From an uncultured Actinomycetes bacterium (lineage in GTDB: Bacteria; Actinomycetota; Thermoleophilia; Gaiellales; JAICJC01): a stretch of 64,000 bases of DNA. The translations under genes were made by a program, and so were the position numbers. The DNA lies in assembly GCA_963797565.1 (NCBI GenBank), contig CAWCPM010000002.1, forward strand, positions 321,560-385,559. The letters run 5' to 3'. The notes under the pieces are model-generated. The model did no database searches. It was not told where the DNA came from and worked only from the letters and a program-made list of their open reading frames with translations. Shown one piece after another: positions 59,863 to 64,000 of the stretch; position 1 is the first letter of the stretch; the number at the start of each line of letters is the position of its first letter.

Positions 59863-60490
59863 CTAGGCACCGAGGGCGGTGCACAGCTTCTGGGTGACGG
59901 TCGGGTCGCCGTTGATCAGGTCGAGGACCTCGTGTGGGCCCGCCTGGAACTCGGTGAACCCGTCCGCGGCCCGTTGCACGACTCGGCCGACGTTCAGGAG
60001 CAGCGCTCCGGCTCCGGGCAGGGTGACGGTGAACTGGCCGGTGGTGGTCTCGGTGGCGGAGCTTCCGTCACCGGGGACGGCGAGGACGTCGGAGATGACG
60101 TCGTGGGCGGTGACCGGGAAGGGACGCGCCTGTGACTCGAGTTGACGAACCCCGCCGACGTGTAGCGCTCTTCGATGAAGCGGTTGGTCAGGTTGCCGTC
60201 CAGGTTGTAGGTCCGGCTGGCGACCTGGTCGATCGTGTCGCCGTAGTAGATGTCGAACGCGCTCGCGCCGCTGCCACAGACGAGTCCCGGTATCAAAGAC
60301 CGGCTCCACAAGAACGCGCGACCCCTGACAGAGGGTTCCGCTGCCGATCGCCTTGCATGATCTCGAATGCGGGCGGCGGCGGGGTCAGCGTCTGCGTGAC
60401 CGGCTGTCCGGCCAGCGCCGACCCCGGTAGCAGTGCCGCTGCCGTTGCCAGCACCGCAAACAGCCCGATGGTGGTGAGGATCTTGCGCAT
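59863..60490 (-). pseudogene. secreted protein gene apparently split over three frames
   Basis: Signal peptide ORF 60293..60490 (MRKILTTIGLFAVLATAAALLPGSALA..). It continues plausibly as ..LVCGSGASAFDIYYGDTIDQVASRTYNLDGN.. (ORF 59994..60311) and ..ARPFPVTAHDVISDVLAVPGDG.. (ORF 59863..60309). Confidence 0.4.
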
Positions 60491-60491
60491 G

Positions 60492-60800
60492 TCACTCTCC
60501 TTCGTTCATGTAGACAGAGGGTGTTGTCACGGCCGCGATCGAGATCGATTCGACGATCCGGTCGAACGGCAGTTGGATCCGCTCTCCGACGTCTCGAATC
60601 AGATCCGCTGACGGGCTTGCGACCAGGAACAGCGCCAGCCCGTCCGGCGGCACCAGGATGCAGCCGAGCGGCCACACCCGATCGGCGGTGCTGACCCCCT
60701 CCTGCGATCGCGCGATTCCGGCCAGCGCCGCCTTGGCCTGGCGCTGGGAGATCGCGGGCCAGTAGCACTCGACGACGTAGGTTGGTGTCGGCGGCTCCAT
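60492..60800 (-). CDS. hypothetical 102-aa protein
   Basis: ORF with ordinary composition. No motif recognised. Confidence 0.35.
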   Translation of the reverse strand: MEPPTPTYVVECYWPAISQRQAKAALAGIARSQEGVSTADRVWPLGCILVPPDGLALFLVASPSADLIRDVGERIQLPFDRIVESISIAAVTTPSVYMNEGE

Positions 60801-60929
60801 CGCCAGGAGGCTCCACCACCCGGCTCGAGAAACGCCCGCAAGACACCCGCAGAACGCTCGAACGACCGCGGTGGGGCTATGAGAGAATCAGCCGCGACAG
60901 GCGCCGTTTGGCGCCAGAAGGGGGCTTCC

Positions 60930-63900
60930 GTGGAGTTCCTCGTCCTGGGTCCGCTCGAGGTCAGAGACGGCGACAGGATCCTCCCGCTCGGCGGTGCCAA
61001 GCAGCGGGCGGCGCTCGCCATCCTGCTGCTCCACCACGACCAGGTCGTCTCGCGCGACCGCTTGGTGGATGGGATCTGGGGAGACGCTCCGCCGGCAAGC
61101 GCCGCCCACACACTCGAGACCTACATCTCGCGCCTGCGAAAGGCGCTCCACCAGGACGGCCACGCGGAACGGCTGCTGACGCGCGCACCCGGGTATCTGT
61201 TGGTGGTAGATGACGGCGATCTCGACCTCCAGCGGTTGGAAGCTCATGTCGATCAAGGCCGGCGAGCGCTTGCGGCCGATGATCCGGAGGCGGCGTCGGA
61301 GGAGCTCGCGCGAGGGCTCGCCCTGTTCAGAGGCGCGCCGCTCGAGGATCTTGCCTACGCCCCCTTCGCACAGGCCGAGCTGGGACGGCTGGACGACCTG
61401 CGGGCCACGGCGCTCGAGCAGCGAATCGACGCAGACCTCGCCCTGGGCCGCCATGCCGATCTGATCGGCGAGCTGGAGTCGCTGGTCGCCGACTACCCGC
61501 TGCGAGAACACGCCTGGGGCCAGCTGATGCTCGCCGAGTACCGGTCGGGTCGCCAGGGCGAAGCACTGGCGACCTTCGACCATGCGCGCCACAAGCTGGC
61601 CGACGAACTGGGCATCGACCCCGGACAATCACTCCAGCAACTCCACCAGCAGATCCTCCGCCAGGATCCCGCCTTGCGACTGTCGCCAACCGCCGACGAG
61701 GCGAAGCGTGTCGCGCCGACGTCCCTCCAGAGCTCGACTTCCCCAGGCGGCCACGCGCTGGGCCACCGTCGCACGCGCCTGCTCCTCGCCGCGACGGGCG
61801 TCGTCGTAGTCGCCGCCATCACAGCCGGGCTGCTCTCCACACGCGGAGCCAGCCGAGCCGGCACGGTGGCATCGCTGACAACCCCGAACTCAGTCGCGGT
61901 GATCGATTCGCGCACCGGGCGGTTCGTTTCCGATGTACCCATCCATGACAGCGCAGATGCGCTGTCATACGGGTATGGGGCGATCTGGGCAGTGACGGAT
62001 GGAGGCGTGCGGCGGATCAATGTCAGCACCCACCAGGTCACCGATATCCCAGTCGCGCCGAACTACCTTGCCATCGGCGCGGGTGCAGCATGGGTGTCGG
62101 TCGGCGGAGAACCCGAGGTCGTGCGCATCGACCCGACGTACGGCACGCGGACAATCAAGCTGCGAACGAACGACTTCCCCGCCGATTGGGGCGGTACCGA
62201 CACGCCCGGCGGCCTGGTGGTCGCAGACGGCTCGCTGTGGGTCGCTCAGGGCGCCCGGTTCGTGCGCAGGATCAATCCGGCCACCGGCAAGGTCAAGGCC
62301 ACCATCACGGTGCCCGGCGCCGAGCACCTCGCCGCCGCCGATGGCGCTGTATACGTCGACGGGCTTCGGCAGGTACAGAGGATCAACCCCGCAAACAACA
62401 CCGTCGCCTGGAAGGCGACCGCCGTCCAATCCGAGATAACCAGCGTCGCTGCGGCCGGCGGCTTTGTGTGGCTGACCACCAGCGCCGACGATGGGGTGAT
62501 CAAGCTCAGCGCCGACACCGGGCAGACGGTCGGCACCAGTCTCCCCATCAACGGAGGCGCGGAGAAAGTCGTCGCCGGCGACGACGCGGTTTGGGTCAGC
62601 AACGAACGCGCCGGCACCGTCACCCGAATCGACACCTCCACCAACGCGAAGACGACGCTCGCGACCGGCCATGCACCGTTCGGCATGGCCGTCCACGGAG
62701 ACCAGCTGTGGGTCAGCCTTTGGCCGGACTCCAACGACGAGCTGCGCGCCGCCGGGATCACAGGCGCCACGCGAGTCGCCCACATGTCGCTGCCCCGCGA
62801 CTACGTCGAGGGCAGCGCCGACCCGGCCATGATCACGAGCCTGATCGGACAACAGCTCGAATACGCGACCGAAGCAAAGCTCTACAACTATCCCGACCAA
62901 AACGGCACCGCCGGCGCGACCGTGGTGCCGGAGGTGGCGGCCGCGATGCCCATCGTGTCAGCCGACGGCCGCACCGTGACCATCCGCGTCCGGTCGGGCT
63001 TCCGCTTCTCGCCGGGCCCGCTCGGCGGTGGCACGCCCGTCACAGCGGACACGTTCCGCTACACGATCGAGCGCAGCTTCTCCGGCGGTGGCGATACGGG
63101 CCTCGGCAGGAACGGGTACTTCCTGTTGCCACAGCTCGTAGGCGGCCACGCTTTCGCCTACGGGAAGTCCGATCGGCTGCCAGGAGTAAGCGTCCGGGGC
63201 GACACTCTCGTCCTCCACCTCACCCAGGCCGTGCCTGACCTGCCAGAGATCCTGGCCTCACCGATCTTCAGCGCCGTCCCACAAGGCACGCCTCACACCT
63301 GGATCTTCTACCCATCTGCTCCATCCGCCGGCCCCTACTACCTCACCCAACCACTCTCTCCGATCCAGTCTCAGCTGATCCTCAAGCGCAACCCCTACTA
63401 CCGCGGACCGCGCCCGCACAGCTTTGACGCGATCGTCGACGACCAGGACCTTCAGACCAGCGTTGCCGCCGACGAAGCGCTCCACGGCCGCGTCGACGTT
63501 GTGTTCGACCCCCTGGGCGAGGTGCTCTCCCCCACCGGCGACATCGCCCACAGCTACGCCTCGTTCCAGCCGGGTCAGCCCCGCTACGTGCGGATACCGT
63601 GGCGGGAGATGCGGTACTTCTCGCTGAACACCGACCGGGGTCCGCTGCGCGACCCATCGATCCGGCGCGCCGTCAACGAGGCGCTCGACCGGCCCGGACT
63701 CGCGGCGATCGACGGCAGCATCCCCACCGACCACTACCTGCCGCCCGGCATGCCCGGCGTCCAGTCCGAACACCACGTCTACCCCATCGCCGAACCCACC
63801 CTGGCCAAGGCACGAGCGCTGATGCACGGCCGCACGCCGCATCTCACGCTTTGGACATGCACCAGCGCGCAATGCCGGCAGCGCGCGACCATCCTCCGCA

Positions 63901-64000
63901 ACAACCTGGCGGCGATCGGGATCACCCTCCGCACACGGCCCATGACCGACCAGTACGCCGGCGGCAACGGCTACGACATCCGTGACGACTCATGGCCCCT
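60930..64000 (+). CDS. SARP/BTAD transcriptional regulator fused to TM helix, beta-propeller-like repeats and family-5 solute-binding domain (3' end outside window)
   Basis: Not in the ORF track because it has no stop in the window. I read it from GTG 60930 to the window end without an in-frame stop. VEFLVLGPLEV..TLETYISRLRKAL (winged helix), ..LALGRHADLIGELESLVADYPLREHAWGQLMLAEY.. (BTAD), a TM segment ..LLLAATGVVVVAAITAGLL, repeated ..G.VWV.. blades, then an SBP_bac_5-like ..RNPYYRGPRP.. region. Confidence 0.75.
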   Translation, partial: MEFLVLGPLEVRDGDRILPLGGAKQRAALAILLLHHDQVVSRDRLVDGIWGDAPPASAAHTLETYISRLRKALHQDGHAERLLTRAPGYLLVVDDGDLDLQRLEAHVDQGRRALAADDPEAASEELARGLALFRGAPLEDLAYAPFAQAELGRLDDLRATALEQRIDADLALGRHADLIGELESLVADYPLREHAWGQLMLAEYRSGRQGEALATFDHARHKLADELGIDPGQSLQQLHQQILRQDPALRLSPTADEAKRVAPTSLQSSTSPGGHALGHRRTRLLLAATGVVVVAAITAGLLSTRGASRAGTVASLTTPNSVAVIDSRTGRFVSDVPIHDSADALSYGYGAIWAVTDGGVRRINVSTHQVTDIPVAPNYLAIGAGAAWVSVGGEPEVVRIDPTYGTRTIKLRTNDFPADWGGTDTPGGLVVADGSLWVAQGARFVRRINPATGKVKATITVPGAEHLAAADGAVYVDGLRQVQRINPANNTVAWKATAVQSEITSVAAAGGFVWLTTSADDGVIKLSADTGQTVGTSLPINGGAEKVVAGDDAVWVSNERAGTVTRIDTSTNAKTTLATGHAPFGMAVHGDQLWVSLWPDSNDELRAAGITGATRVAHMSLPRDYVEGSADPAMITSLIGQQLEYATEAKLYNYPDQNGTAGATVVPEVAAAMPIVSADGRTVTIRVRSGFRFSPGPLGGGTPVTADTFRYTIERSFSGGGDTGLGRNGYFLLPQLVGGHAFAYGKSDRLPGVSVRGDTLVLHLTQAVPDLPEILASPIFSAVPQGTPHTWIFYPSAPSAGPYYLTQPLSPIQSQLILKRNPYYRGPRPHSFDAIVDDQDLQTSVAADEALHGRVDVVFDPLGEVLSPTGDIAHSYASFQPGQPRYVRIPWREMRYFSLNTDRGPLRDPSIRRAVNEALDRPGLAAIDGSIPTDHYLPPGMPGVQSEHHVYPIAEPTLAKARALMHGRTPHLTLWTCTSAQCRQRATILRNNLAAIGITLRTRPMTDQYAGGNGYDIRDDSWP

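Noticed and set aside
2028-63238. Long overlapping or antisense ORFs throughout, for example 2028..3491, 9016..11304, 14315..15685, 16141..17601, 22415..23539, 23909..25291, 26022..27434, 31824..33317, 42296..43822, 44252..45829, 52137..53195, 56372..58081, 61965..62900 and 62090..63238.
   Set aside because: Each lies opposite or out of frame to a gene with clear family motifs, and each shows the Arg/Ala/Gly/Pro-rich composition expected of non-coding frames in high-GC DNA.

Overview
GC-rich (by eye about 70% G+C, not computed) Actinomycetota-like chromosomal segment. Most of it is ordinary housekeeping and accessory metabolism: a PafBC-like regulator, queG, bioY, glpX, hpt, pspA, ccmE/ccmF, a Zur-controlled metal ABC transporter, a hydantoin/carbamoyl-amino-acid cluster, typA, a two-component system and several secreted beta-propeller or protease proteins.

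The exception lies at about 33.1-40.4 kb, directly after typA. An unusually AT-rich 780-bp leader is followed by a co-directional RNA-gene island. It holds 24 tightly packed tRNA genes that together cover all 20 amino acids, and several of them are non-canonical. It also holds a bacterial type-A RNase P RNA gene wedged between two tRNAs. A Ro60/Rsr (TROVE-vWA) gene is preceded by two tRNA-derived RNAs, one of which is an exactly circularly permuted tRNA (T arm, closed acceptor hairpin, D arm), the YrlA-type Y RNA architecture. A GNAT acetyltransferase and a class III cyclase-domain protein are interspersed, and the RNA ligase gene rtcB lies 4.6 kb further on. I read this as a candidate RNA quality-control, repair and tRNA-backup island; that reading is inference.

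Other points:
- an archaeal-type cyclic 2,3-diphosphoglycerate gene pair, with the synthetase in three frames
- a Cys-variant (CxxxY) CcmE
- two identical perfect LexA boxes
- a large SARP, beta-propeller and solute-binding fusion ORF that runs off the right edge and is missing from the ORF track
- a 1279-aa S8 protease with about seven tandem domains
- a striking number of frame-disrupted genes, mostly at 4-nt G/C runs

All RNA folds and protein family calls were made by eye from the sequence and translations. No searches were run.
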